The translations under genes and the position numbers were made by a program. A stretch of DNA of 64,000 bases from positions 21,710-85,709 of the forward strand of contig JACQWV010000061.1 of assembly GCA_016209085.1 (NCBI GenBank), in the 5' to 3' direction. The notes under the pieces were generated by a model. That model did not search any database. It saw nothing but the letters and a program-made list of their open reading frames with translations, and was not told the origin of the DNA. Source of the DNA: Elusimicrobiota bacterium. Its GTDB lineage: Bacteria; Elusimicrobiota; Elusimicrobia; Elusimicrobiales; UBA9959. Every line of letters begins with the position of its first letter. The stretch's first letter is position 1. This document shows, piece after piece, positions 28,964 to 38,149 of the stretch.

Positions 28964-30146
28964 TGTCCAATCCTCCTGAAAAACCTGTGAATACGGCTAA
29001 AAGCATTCCCCACTGCACCTGGATTATCTGGGTGTCGGTCAGGCTTCCTATCGTCAATATGAGCGTTGCGGAACAGATGGAAAAGCCCAAAAGGGAGTTT
29101 CTGAATTTCCATGCTTTTTTCAGCAGGAACGCGAACATCCAGAGTAACGCTGAAAGCCCGATGATTCCGTGATTGACCGCCATGTAAAGAAAACTGTTAT
29201 GCGGATGGCGGAAAACTTCCGGAAGGTTTTTATCGGTTTTTTGTTTTGCCATTTCAGTCATGTATGCGCCTGTGCCTGCGCCGAAAATCGGATTTTCAAG
29301 AAAAATTTTCAGCGCTGCCTGCCACATGTAAAACCTCTGTCCCAGAGAAGTGTTTAAATTGCCTGCTTTGTATTCTTTTATGTCCTCTTTTGCCTTTGCG
29401 ATGCGTTCCTGAACAACGGGCGAGGCAAAGAGAACGATTCCGAGCAGCGCCGCCGTAATTGAAATTCTTGCAATGTGTTTTGTTCCGAAAATATTTGAGA
29501 TAAGAAAGGGAGAAAGAAGGATAAAAGACAGATATCCCGTCCGGCCAGGCACGACTCTAAGAGAAAGAAAAAACAACAGCGTTATGGAAGCAGTCAGAAT
29601 TTTATATTTCGGTTCTTTTGCCTTTTTAAAATAAAACGACATTACGAGAATCCCGAATACAAGAAGAAGAGATAGATTTATATAATTTGAAAAAAGGCCG
29701 ATGCACGCTTCTTTTTTTAACGGCAAAAGCCCTGCATACTGAAAAAGAGAGATAATAGAAGTAACAGAAAGCCCTGCTATGAATAATTTCAGGAAAACGC
29801 TGATTGAGTTTCTGTATATAATTACAGAACTTGCAATCGGGGCAAGAAGCCAGTAATGGGTTTCCCCCGCAAATTCAAGGCCTGTTTTCAGATTTTCGGT
29901 ATAAAACAGTCCTATCCAGGGAAGAAGCGCCAAGACCGCTGTCGGTACCAGCCAATCTTGTTTCAAATATATTTTTGCGTCTTTTATGAATCTGCCGGAC
30001 GCAATCCATATAAGAACCGCAAATAAAGACGCTATCACGGCCGGGGAAGTGGCTACCGGCAGAAAAAAGAACATGCAGCAGAAAGCGTAAAAAAGCAGTT
30101 TGTCCGCAGAGGTCATAATTTTTGTATCCCGTTCCTGCATACGCAA
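28944..30146 (-). CDS. O-antigen ligase-like membrane protein (Wzy_C domain)
   Basis: Polytopic protein. HPHNSFLYMAVNHGIIGL is a motif typical of the WaaL/Wzy_C family. Confidence 0.7.
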   Translation of the reverse strand: MRMQERDTKIMTSADKLLFYAFCCMFFFLPVATSPAVIASLFAVLIWIASGRFIKDAKIYLKQDWLVPTAVLALLPWIGLFYTENLKTGLEFAGETHYWLLAPIASSVIIYRNSISVFLKLFIAGLSVTSIISLFQYAGLLPLKKEACIGLFSNYINLSLLLVFGILVMSFYFKKAKEPKYKILTASITLLFFLSLRVVPGRTGYLSFILLSPFLISNIFGTKHIARISITAALLGIVLFASPVVQERIAKAKEDIKEYKAGNLNTSLGQRFYMWQAALKIFLENPIFGAGTGAYMTEMAKQKTDKNLPEVFRHPHNSFLYMAVNHGIIGLSALLWMFAFLLKKAWKFRNSLLGFSICSATLILTIGSLTDTQIIQVQWGMLLAVFTGFSGGLDNANGTA

Positions 30147-30901
30147 CTCCCGGATTTAAGGCTCTGTTCCAGCAGTTTGTCGTTTCTGTCCAGTTCTTTT
30201 CTTGAGAGATGCTCGTGCCAGAGATGAAAACATATGGTTCTGAAAGGATGAAATTTTTTTTTGAGCCCGTATTTGAAGAAACGAACGGCTAATTCCGAAT
30301 CTTCCCTGCCCCAGCCGGTGAAATCTTCGTTGAATCCGTTGACCGCAAGAAAGTCTTTCTTGAAAAAGCCCATGTTGCAGCTTTTTATTCCGTTGAGTTT
30401 CGTATTTTTAAAGTCGGGGAACCAAGGCATTCTGAGAATATGGTGAGTGTTGGACATGCGGCCCTTTAGCGCCAATCCCAGCAGATATGGGATGGAATCT
30501 GAATTTTCAGCGGAAAAATTCCCGGATGCCTTCCTGGCGAGGAGGATTCTTTTTCCCTGAACAAAGAAACCCTGTTCCGACATGTCAAGGTGGTCCGATA
30601 TGAAATGTTTATTCGGGACGCAGTCTCCGTCCATCAGGATTATGTAATCCGCCAGGGTTTTTTTTATGGCCTCGTTTCTTATTTTGGCGGCCCTAAAACC
30701 GGCGTTTTCCTGCCATATATGCAGAATCGGAAAAGACGCTTTTGCGGCGAATCCTGCTATAAGCTCTCTGGTTCGGGCTCCGGAGCCGTCGTCGGCTGTT
30801 ATTATTTCATCCGGCGGTCTTGTCTGGCGCAAAAATCCTTCAAGGGATTTTTCCAGGGCGCAGGGATTGTCGTAAGTGGCGACGATAACGGATATTTTCA
30901 T
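30113..30901 (-). CDS. glycosyltransferase family 2
   Basis: MKISVIVATYDNP...ADDGS...DGDC motifs of GT-A fold enzymes. Confidence 0.8.
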   Translation of the reverse strand: MKISVIVATYDNPCALEKSLEGFLRQTRPPDEIITADDGSGARTRELIAGFAAKASFPILHIWQENAGFRAAKIRNEAIKKTLADYIILMDGDCVPNKHFISDHLDMSEQGFFVQGKRILLARKASGNFSAENSDSIPYLLGLALKGRMSNTHHILRMPWFPDFKNTKLNGIKSCNMGFFKKDFLAVNGFNEDFTGWGREDSELAVRFFKYGLKKKFHPFRTICFHLWHEHLSRKELDRNDKLLEQSLKSGSCVCRNGIQKL

Positions 30902-30934
30902 AAAAAAATATGGACCCGACCGGGATTGAACCGG
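30863..30934. repeat. 72-bp direct repeat, copy 1 (GT2 start codon region plus 3' 24 nt of tRNA-Ala)
   Basis: Matches 31023..31094 at 70 of 72 nt. Contains a partial tRNA (T arm plus 3' acceptor strand, 30911..30934, minus strand). Confidence 0.9.
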
Positions 30935-31022
30935 AGGATGAACGCACGAGCTTCGCTCGTTTTTTGAAGGCGTTCACCTTTCTTTAATAACTGAAAGGTC
31001 GCCGGTTCAACTATTTATCTAC

Positions 31023-31094
31023 GGGATTGCCGTAAGCGGCGACGATAACGGATATTTTCATAAAAAAATATGGACCCGACCGGGATTGAACCGG
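31023..31094. repeat. 72-bp direct repeat, copy 2 (truncated GT2 5' end plus 3' end of the intact tRNA-Ala)
   Basis: See copy 1. It encodes a relic MKISVIVAAYGNPVDK* on the minus strand. Confidence 0.9.
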
Positions 31095-31143
31095 CGACCT
31101 TACCCATGCCAAGGGTACGCTCTCCCAGCTGAGCTACGGGCCC
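31071..31143 (-). tRNA. tRNA-Ala (anticodon GGC)
   Basis: Hand-folded, 73 nt. Acceptor GGGCCCG/CGGGUCC with the G3:U70 Ala identity pair, anticodon loop UUGGCAU, T loop UUCAAUC. No encoded CCA. Confidence 0.9.
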
Positions 31144-31331
31144 ATAAACGGCAGTAACCAGTTACCAGTATAAGCAAGTAACCAGTAACTACAAAAAGAG
31201 CAAAGAAATAACGGCAGCTTGCCCGCCAACGCAGTGTGGCGGGTAATCAGTGACCAGTGGCCGGCAGCCACATAGAAAATATTTTAACAATTTTATGATA
31301 TAAATTAAAAATCTTGTAAAATATTTTTATT

Positions 31332-33398
31332 GTGTTTGAAAAAGTTCCGAGAATCATACGCTTTCTGCTTTTCAGCGTTCTCATTAATCTTCTGATTTTC
31401 TCGTCAATGAGGATTGCGTTCTTTTTGATATTCCGCAATCTGGATGAGATTATTCCGTTTGCGCTATTATGGAAGTCTTTTTACCTTGGATTTAAATTTG
31501 ACCTCAGGCTGGCGCTTCTGATAAATCTGCCTCTCCTGTTTTTGTTTAACGTCAGAAAAATTCATGCGTTTGAGAGCGTTTCCGGAAAAAGACTATGGAC
31601 CGCTTATTTCAGCCTGAGCGGCGCGGTTATACTGCTTTTTTATATTTTTGATTTCGGGCATTACGCGTATCTTCAGACCAGACTTAACGCAGCTGCTTTC
31701 AAGCTTCTTGCCAATCCTCTTATTTCTCTGAAAATGCTGTGGGAAACCTATCCAGTGATATCCGGCATCGCCGGAATCGGGTTGTTCAGCGCTCTTTACG
31801 GATATGCTTATAAAAGGGTTTTATATGGCCTGACGCAGGCGGAATCAATCAGCCGAAAAAAACAGACAGCCGTAGTGATTTTTACCGCAGTGTTTTTTGC
31901 AGCCGGAATTTACGGGAAATTTTCTTACTATCCCCTGCGCTGGTCCGACGCTTTTTTTTCAACTCGCTCATTTGCCTCCAACCTTGCCTTAAATCCGGCG
32001 CTTTATTTTTTTGACACTTTTAAAAGCAGGGATGAGGGTTTTGATATTGAAAAAGTGAAAACGTATTATCCTCTGATTGCCGATTATCTCGGAGTAAATC
32101 CCCCTTACTCCCCCTTTACCCCCACGCCAACCCGGTTGGTGTGGGGGTTTACAAAAGGGGGAAAAGAGGGGTATTTTACAAAAAAAATTGATTTTTCAAG
32201 GCGCGTAAGTTTTGCCGGAAAACAAACCAGCAATAAAAAAATAAACATAATCATAGTTCTGCTTGAGTCTTTTGCCGCTTATAAAAGCGGGATATTCGGC
32301 AATCCTCTGAATCCCACTCCTCATATGGACGGGCTGGCGAAAAATTCATGGCTTTTCAGAAGATTTTACGTCCCGAGCGAAGGAACCGCCCGTTCGGTGT
32401 TTACTCTTGTCGCTGGAATCCCCGACATAGAAATAAACGCCACTTCAAGCAGAAATCCCGCTATAGTCAAACAATCCACCGTTTTAAACGCTTTTAAAGG
32501 TTATGAGAAATTCTATTTTCTGGGCGGCAGCGCCACATGGGCCAACATAAGAGGGCTTCTTTTCCATAACGTGCCGGGGCTGAAAATATACGAGGAAGGC
32601 AGTTATGATTCTTCAAGGGTTGACGTGTGGGGGATTTCTGATTTGAATCTCTTTGAAGAGGCAAACAGGGTGTTAAAAAAATCCAAGGGTCCGTTTATCG
32701 CGATTATCCAGACCTCAGGCAGTCATAGGCCATATACCATACCCAAAGACAACAGGGGATTTAAAGTAATGCCCATGAAAGACGAAGAAACGGCTAAATA
32801 CGGGTTCGTATCCTCCGCTGAATTTAATTCATTCAGATTCCTGGACCACAGCGTGGGCTTTTTTATGGAAACAGCCGGAAAAGAAAAATATTTTGAGAAT
32901 ACCGTTTTTGTTTTTCTAGCTGACCATGGCCTTCCCGGTAAGGCTCCTCACATGGGGAAAGCCGAAGAACTTCTTGAATTGACCAGGTTTCACGTTCCTT
33001 TTTTGATTTATTTCCCCAAGGCGACGCAAAAGGGGGCTGTTTTTGACGGGATAGTCACTGAAATGGATGTTCTGCCCACCTTGGCTTCAATGGCTGGGAT
33101 TCCCCATCTTAATACGGGGTTCGGCAGGGACATGTTTGACAGGCGTTTTGACAAAAAACGCCGCGCTTTTACCCTTATCGCCGACGGCCCGGATCCGACG
33201 ATAGGGCTTTTAACCGATAAATTTTATTTTGCGATGAATAGAAGCGGAAAAAACAAAAGATTGCATGACTATCATTCAAAAACTCCCGGAGACAACCTTT
33301 TTGGAAAACATCCTGAAATTTCATCGGAAATGGAGAATTTTTTGAACGCTTTTTATGAAACCGCCAGATACGTGCGCTATCATAATCACAGCAGGTGA
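31332..33398 (+). CDS. LtaS/MdoB-like membrane sulfatase-family transferase (phosphoglycerol/phosphoethanolamine transferase-like)
   Basis: N-terminal TM helices and a C-terminal alkaline-phosphatase-superfamily domain (IIVLLESF, SGSHRPY, FLADHG). GTG start. Carries an in-frame palindromic insert at 32098..32176. Confidence 0.7.
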   Translation: MFEKVPRIIRFLLFSVLINLLIFSSMRIAFFLIFRNLDEIIPFALLWKSFYLGFKFDLRLALLINLPLLFLFNVRKIHAFESVSGKRLWTAYFSLSGAVILLFYIFDFGHYAYLQTRLNAAAFKLLANPLISLKMLWETYPVISGIAGIGLFSALYGYAYKRVLYGLTQAESISRKKQTAVVIFTAVFFAAGIYGKFSYYPLRWSDAFFSTRSFASNLALNPALYFFDTFKSRDEGFDIEKVKTYYPLIADYLGVNPPYSPFTPTPTRLVWGFTKGGKEGYFTKKIDFSRRVSFAGKQTSNKKINIIIVLLESFAAYKSGIFGNPLNPTPHMDGLAKNSWLFRRFYVPSEGTARSVFTLVAGIPDIEINATSSRNPAIVKQSTVLNAFKGYEKFYFLGGSATWANIRGLLFHNVPGLKIYEEGSYDSSRVDVWGISDLNLFEEANRVLKKSKGPFIAIIQTSGSHRPYTIPKDNRGFKVMPMKDEETAKYGFVSSAEFNSFRFLDHSVGFFMETAGKEKYFENTVFVFLADHGLPGKAPHMGKAEELLELTRFHVPFLIYFPKATQKGAVFDGIVTEMDVLPTLASMAGIPHLNTGFGRDMFDRRFDKKRRAFTLIADGPDPTIGLLTDKFYFAMNRSGKNKRLHDYHSKTPGDNLFGKHPEISSEMENFLNAFYETARYVRYHNHSR
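32115..32152. repeat. 38-bp palindromic element, intragenic copy
   Basis: TTTACCCCCACGCCAACCCGGTTGGTGTGGGGGTTTAC. The second copy is at 54274..54311. C-runs and G-runs on either side extend the palindrome to about 32098..32176. Confidence 0.85.
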
Positions 33399-33453
33399 TA
33401 AGGTGATACTGAGTAAGTAACTAAAAAATACAAATTTGATACAATTTATGTTT

Positions 33454-33679
33454 TTACTGAGCTTCGCAGAAATAATGGATACGTTGGAGGCTCAGATTTG
33501 GATTGGATGCAAGGCGCGACGAATAAGCATAGCGTCTGCTATGTGAGTGAGGAGCAACGCAGCAGACGGCCAAATATGAGCCTCCCCTTTCCCTTGAAGG
33601 GAAAGGGGCTGGCCGCTTTTCTGTCTCGCTCAAAAATCGGCTCAGCCAGCGTACCCATTATTTCTGCGAAGCTCAGTAA
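33454..33679. repeat. nested-palindrome element (MITE-like or structured leader) upstream of glgP
   Basis: A perfect 23-bp inverted repeat ACTGAGCTTCGCAGAAATAATGG (33456..33478 and 33655..33677) encloses two further stems. These are GGAGGCTCAGATTTGG/CCAAATATGAGCCTCC and the hairpin CCCCTTTCCCT-TG-AAGGGAAAGGGG. Confidence 0.8.
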
Positions 33680-33692
33680 TGGAGGAACATTC

Positions 33693-36257
33693 ATGAAAAT
33701 AACTTCATTTAACGTTGTTCCCAATCTTCCGGAAAATTTAAAAGCATTGAACGAGCTGACTGAAAACATGTGGTTTACATGGAACTGGGACGCCATAATG
33801 CTGTTCGTCGGAATTGACGAGGATTTGTGGCACAGGTCGCACAGGAATCCCAAATGGATGCTGGGCGCTCTTCCGCCCGAAAGGTTTGAAGCGTTGAGCA
33901 GGGACCAGGCCTTTCTTGAAAAGCTGGAAAAAATTAAGAATAAGTTTGACGCTTATATGAACTGCCCAGACACATGGTTCAGCAAAAACTGTCCTCCTGA
34001 CATGAAGGATTTCACGGCGGCTTACTTTTCCATGGAATACGGAATCGGGGAAGGACTTCCGATATATTCAGGAGGGCTCGGCATGCTTTCAGGGGACCAT
34101 TTGAAAACAGCGAGCGAGCTGGGTATTCCTGTCTTTGCGGTGGGCTTGCTGTACAGGAAGGGCTATGTCCAGCAGGTTCTGAACAGGGATAACTGGCAGG
34201 TGGAAAGGTATCCGGAGAATGACTGGTACAACATGCCGGTTCAGATAGTCAATGATTCTTCAGGCAATCCGCTCCGCATAGATTTGAACCTGGCCGGCGA
34301 AAACGTGCAAGTCGGGATATGGCGCGTTCCTGTGGGCAGGAATTCGCTGTTTCTGCTTGACACGAACCTTCCTGAAAACAAGGCTCATGTCAGGAGCATA
34401 ACCGAACAGCTTTACGGAGGAGACAGGGAAAACAGGATATGCCAGGAAATAGTTTTAGGCGTAGGCGGGGCCAGGGCTCTTGAGGCAATGGGCGTCAATC
34501 CCTCGGTTTACCATGTGAATGAAGGTCATTCGGCTTTTCTGCTTTTTGAACGGATAAGGCAGTTCATGAAAAACAGGAAGATTTCTTTTGAAGAGGCCAA
34601 GGAAGCGGTCTGGAGTTCCTCGGTTTTTACCACACACACCCCGGTCATAGCCGGCAATGAATATTTTGATTTTGAGTTGGTGCGGAAATACATGGAGTCG
34701 TATTCCGGGGAACTCGGAATATCATGGCCCGAGTTCCTTGAAATCGGAAAGGAGGAACCTTCTTCAACTACTTTCTGCATGACGATTCTCGCGTTGAGAT
34801 TATGCGCTTTTCTGAACGCTGTAAGCCGCCTGCACCGCGATACGACGCGGGACATGTGGCAGAAAATATGGTCCGGGCTTGCGAAATATGAAATTCCGAT
34901 TTACGGCATAACCAACGGGGTGCATACCTGCTCATGGATAAGCCACGAGCATCTGGATTTATATAAAAAATACGCGCTCAGGGACAGTCAGAGCATTGAA
35001 GACCTGCCTGAGAACTGCGACTGGCAGAAAATCATGGACATTGACGATAGGGAATTCTGGGAAGTTCACATGTCCAGAAAGAATAAATTGATAAACATGA
35101 TAATCCGGGAGAGAATGCAGAGGCAGTATAAGCGGCTTGGAGCCGACGCCACTGTTCTGGAGGAAATAAAAAACGTCTTAAATCCCGGCTATCTGACCAT
35201 AGGCTTTGCCAGGAGATTCGCCTCTTATAAAAGGGCCAATCTGATTTTCAGGAATCCCGACAGACTTCTTGAAATAGCTGCCAGCGACAAAATGCCGGTG
35301 CAGTTCGTTTTCGCGGGCAAGGCGCACCAGGCCGACGCTTTCGGCAAGGAAATAATAAAAGAAGTGGCCAGATACAGCATGGACAAGAAGTTCAAGCAGA
35401 GAATTGTTTTCGTGGAAGATTATAACATGAACGTCGCGCGATACATGGTGCAGGGAGTCGACGTGTGGCTTAATAATCCGGTAAGACCTCTTGAGGCTTC
35501 GGGAACAAGCGGGATGAAAGCGGTCATTAACGGCGTTTTAAATCTCTCCGTTCTGGACGGCTGGTGGATGGAAGGATATTCCTCGCAGACAGGATGGGCC
35601 GTCGGGGGCCTGGAAAATTACAGGGACGACGCTGAAAGGGATTATGTGGAATCGGAATCCATATATAATCTCCTGCAAAAAGTCATAGCCCCGCTTTATT
35701 ACGACAGGGGCGAGGACGGAATACCGCACGGCTGGATAAAAATGATGAAAAACTCAATCGTCAGGCTCGTTCCCGAATTCAACACAAACCGGATGCTTAA
35801 AGAATACTGGGAAAAATTTTACGGCCGCGCCTATTCAATGAACAAGAGATTGCTGGACAACGGCAAAGTCATGGAGCTTGCAAAATGGCGGAAGAAAATC
35901 AGAGACAACTGGCAGAAAGTCAAAGTCGTTCTTGAACCTTTCAAACCCATGATGGAAATACATTCGGGCGCGAAAATCCCGGTAAAAGCGCGCGTGTGGC
36001 TTGGAGATTTGACGCCTGAAGACGTGGACGTGCAGGTTCACATAGGAAGCATTGACGGGGACGTTTTTTTCAAACAAGGGACTTCTTTCAGCATGGGGTG
36101 CGAGTCTCATCAGGGGGACGCCTGGATTTTCAGGGGCGACATAGTATGCGTAAAAAGCGGCAAGCACGATTTTGCCGTAAGGGTCGTTCCCAAACATCCT
36201 GACATCGTGCATCCCTACATGCCTTTGTTCATTAAATGGAATGACGAGGGTAGTTGA
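33693..36257 (+). CDS. glgP: alpha-glucan (glycogen/maltodextrin) phosphorylase, GT35
   Basis: Start moved to the ATG after GGAGG (MKITSFNVVPNLPENL...WFTWNWD). EASGTSGMK is the PLP-lysine motif. The track start 33498 would translate the palindromic leader. Confidence 0.9.
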   Translation: MKITSFNVVPNLPENLKALNELTENMWFTWNWDAIMLFVGIDEDLWHRSHRNPKWMLGALPPERFEALSRDQAFLEKLEKIKNKFDAYMNCPDTWFSKNCPPDMKDFTAAYFSMEYGIGEGLPIYSGGLGMLSGDHLKTASELGIPVFAVGLLYRKGYVQQVLNRDNWQVERYPENDWYNMPVQIVNDSSGNPLRIDLNLAGENVQVGIWRVPVGRNSLFLLDTNLPENKAHVRSITEQLYGGDRENRICQEIVLGVGGARALEAMGVNPSVYHVNEGHSAFLLFERIRQFMKNRKISFEEAKEAVWSSSVFTTHTPVIAGNEYFDFELVRKYMESYSGELGISWPEFLEIGKEEPSSTTFCMTILALRLCAFLNAVSRLHRDTTRDMWQKIWSGLAKYEIPIYGITNGVHTCSWISHEHLDLYKKYALRDSQSIEDLPENCDWQKIMDIDDREFWEVHMSRKNKLINMIIRERMQRQYKRLGADATVLEEIKNVLNPGYLTIGFARRFASYKRANLIFRNPDRLLEIAASDKMPVQFVFAGKAHQADAFGKEIIKEVARYSMDKKFKQRIVFVEDYNMNVARYMVQGVDVWLNNPVRPLEASGTSGMKAVINGVLNLSVLDGWWMEGYSSQTGWAVGGLENYRDDAERDYVESESIYNLLQKVIAPLYYDRGEDGIPHGWIKMMKNSIVRLVPEFNTNRMLKEYWEKFYGRAYSMNKRLLDNGKVMELAKWRKKIRDNWQKVKVVLEPFKPMMEIHSGAKIPVKARVWLGDLTPEDVDVQVHIGSIDGDVFFKQGTSFSMGCESHQGDAWIFRGDIVCVKSGKHDFAVRVVPKHPDIVHPYMPLFIKWNDEGS

Positions 36258-36371
36258 AAATCCTCCCAAATAATGTATAATATAATGTGCCGGGTTTTGT
36301 AAATCCCGGTGCTTTTGTCGGTACTTTTCCGGCAGGAGCTAAGTTAAGTAGAAAGCGAGGTATAGTAAGAA

Positions 36372-36578
36372 ATGGCAAAAGGCAAAGTAAAGTGGTTTAA
36401 CGATAAAAAGGGATTCGGTTTTATAGTCCCTGATGATGGTTCAAAGGATCTCTTTGTGCATCATTCTTCCATTCAGGGAGACGGCTTCAAAACTCTGGCT
36501 GAGGGCCAGGAAGTGGAATATGAGCTGGAGAATACCGACAAGGGTCCGAAGGCTGTCAATGTGAAGAAAAGTAAATAG
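36372..36578 (+). CDS. cspA: cold-shock protein (CSD)
   Basis: [16 protein letters not shown] and DLFVHHS are the RNP1 and RNP2 motifs. 68 aa. Confidence 0.95.
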   Translation: MAKGKVKWFNDKKGFGFIVPDDGSKDLFVHHSSIQGDGFKTLAEGQEVEYELENTDKGPKAVNVKKSK

Positions 36579-36610
36579 GTTTTTTGAAAACACGATTCAA
36601 AAAACTCACT

Positions 36611-36642
36611 CCGCCCCGGCTTTGCGTCGGGGCGGTTTTTTT
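36611..36642 (+). terminator. rho-independent terminator after csp
   Basis: CCGCCCCG-GCTTTGCGT-CGGGGCGG followed by TTTTTTT. Confidence 0.85.
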
Positions 36643-36652
36643 GCCCTGATGC

Positions 36653-37624
36653 CTATTCTATTTCCCTGCGGGTTGTTTTCGGGGGTTCCTGTTTGTCCTG
36701 TATTTTTTTATCGTAAAAATTTATCATTTTTATCCTGGTTTCTTTTGTCCAGTTTCCGTTTTTATCTATCAGACGTTCGTATAAATACTCAAAAGACGGT
36801 TCCTCTGAGTTTCCCGAATAATGGAGTTCCCTGTTTTTCTGTCCGGAACTGTCGTGCAAACTTTCAATTTTTGAAAGAACCTGTTCGCCTTTGTCAAAAG
36901 AAAATATCGTTTCCTTGCGCAGCGCGCCGTTATCCCGGTATTCTATGATTGTTTTTTCAATCAGCTGTTCGGCGTCGTCAAAGACAGAAACGGTTTTCGT
37001 ATGCGTTGCATCGTTATAAGAAACCAATTCCTTATTAATCTGTATTCCCTCAATGTCATAAGCCGCCGTTTCAATAATTCTGTCTTGTTTGTCGTATTTA
37101 AACGTTTTTCTGGATTCAAAATTTCCCATTGAATCGTAAAGGTATTCCCCGGTTCTCCTGCCTTTTTTGTCTTTGATTGTCAGGATCAGGTTTACCAGGT
37201 TCATCTGGGCGGCGGACGGGCCTTTATATACGCGGGTTTGGGCAAAGGGGGTTTTTCCGAATTCTTTGCAGAAATCTTTTATTGAATAGCCGGAACCATC
37301 TATTGAAAAAGGAGCGCCGGCGTCTTCGTTTTTTTTGCACAGCCCGGATTCTCCGCCGGTTTTGCGTTCAAATCTCGTCTTTGAAACAAGCGTTTTTCCC
37401 TCAAACTTTTCTTCTTCCGCCTGCATTCCTTCAGAGTCAAAACGGATTGTTGTCAGAAATTTAGGCGAGCCTTCAATCCATTTTTTATCTTTCCTGAGAC
37501 TTTGTATTTCCATGATTTTGATTGATTTTATGCGGCCTTTTAATTTTAAGGACTCTAAATCCTCCTGCATATGTGAATTCAGGGGGAGAGCCGCGAAAAA
37601 TAAAAACAGAAACGATTTTGTCAT
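36653..37624 (-). CDS. hypothetical secreted protein with weak YD-like beta-hairpin repeats
   Basis: Signal peptide MTKSFLFLFFAALPLNS. There are repetitive Y/F-x-YD-like segments. No family recognised. Confidence 0.4.
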   Translation of the reverse strand: MTKSFLFLFFAALPLNSHMQEDLESLKLKGRIKSIKIMEIQSLRKDKKWIEGSPKFLTTIRFDSEGMQAEEEKFEGKTLVSKTRFERKTGGESGLCKKNEDAGAPFSIDGSGYSIKDFCKEFGKTPFAQTRVYKGPSAAQMNLVNLILTIKDKKGRRTGEYLYDSMGNFESRKTFKYDKQDRIIETAAYDIEGIQINKELVSYNDATHTKTVSVFDDAEQLIEKTIIEYRDNGALRKETIFSFDKGEQVLSKIESLHDSSGQKNRELHYSGNSEEPSFEYLYERLIDKNGNWTKETRIKMINFYDKKIQDKQEPPKTTRREIE

Positions 37625-37846
37625 ATATTTGGATATATTATACTTTATATAATAACCCTAATAGTCATTAACCCAAATTCCTCAGTTGGAATTTGGGAAT
37701 TATGAGTTTTAAATGTTGAATTTTGAATTATTCTCAATTAAGAATTCATAATTTAAAATTTATAACTCCGAAAAATTCAGTCGCACTTTTTTATTCAATG
37801 AATTATCAACATAAAATGGAGCAAAGACACTACGGAGGTGCGTTCT

Positions 37847-38149
37847 ATGCCTGAAGAAAAAAATCAGCCCGCCCAGCAGATGCAGCTGCAGGTGGAGATG
37901 GATGAAAACACATCGCAGGGAATCTATGCGAATCTCGCCGGCGTTACTCACAGCGAAACGGAGTTTATATTTGATTTTTTGTTTCTCCAGCCCAACCAGC
38001 CCAAGGCAAAACTCAGGGCAAGAGTCATATCAAGCCCCGTGCATACCAAACGCTTCTTATTGGCGTTGATGGAAAATATCAAAAGGTACGAGGAGAGGTT
38101 CGGAGCGATTCCCGAGAGGGCCATCAGCACGGCGCACGGACACAGCTGA
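37847..38149 (+). CDS. DUF3467-like small protein
   Basis: GIYANLAGVTHSETEFIFDFLF...ARVISSPVHTKRF resembles the DUF3467 family by recollection. Confidence 0.55.
   Translation: MPEEKNQPAQQMQLQVEMDENTSQGIYANLAGVTHSETEFIFDFLFLQPNQPKAKLRARVISSPVHTKRFLLALMENIKRYEERFGAIPERAISTAHGHS

Noticed and set aside
33501-33570. Apparent similarity between the interior of the glgP leader element (AAGGCGCGACGAATAAG ... ATGTGAGTGAGGAGCAACGCAG) and the hdr leader (AAAGCGAGCGACGAAGAAA ... ATGTGCGAGGGTGCGACAG at 42118..42232).
   Set aside because: Hand alignment gives only about 15 of 20 matches with indels in GC-rich, low-complexity sequence. That is not enough to claim homology without a computed alignment.
33498-33692. 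The track ORF extends glgP by 65 codons upstream (MDWMQGATNKHSVCYVSEEQRSRR...).
   Set aside because: The extension starts at a non-ATG codon and translates the palindromic leader. It ends at a canonical GGAGG-ATG (33693), where the conserved phosphorylase N-terminus begins.
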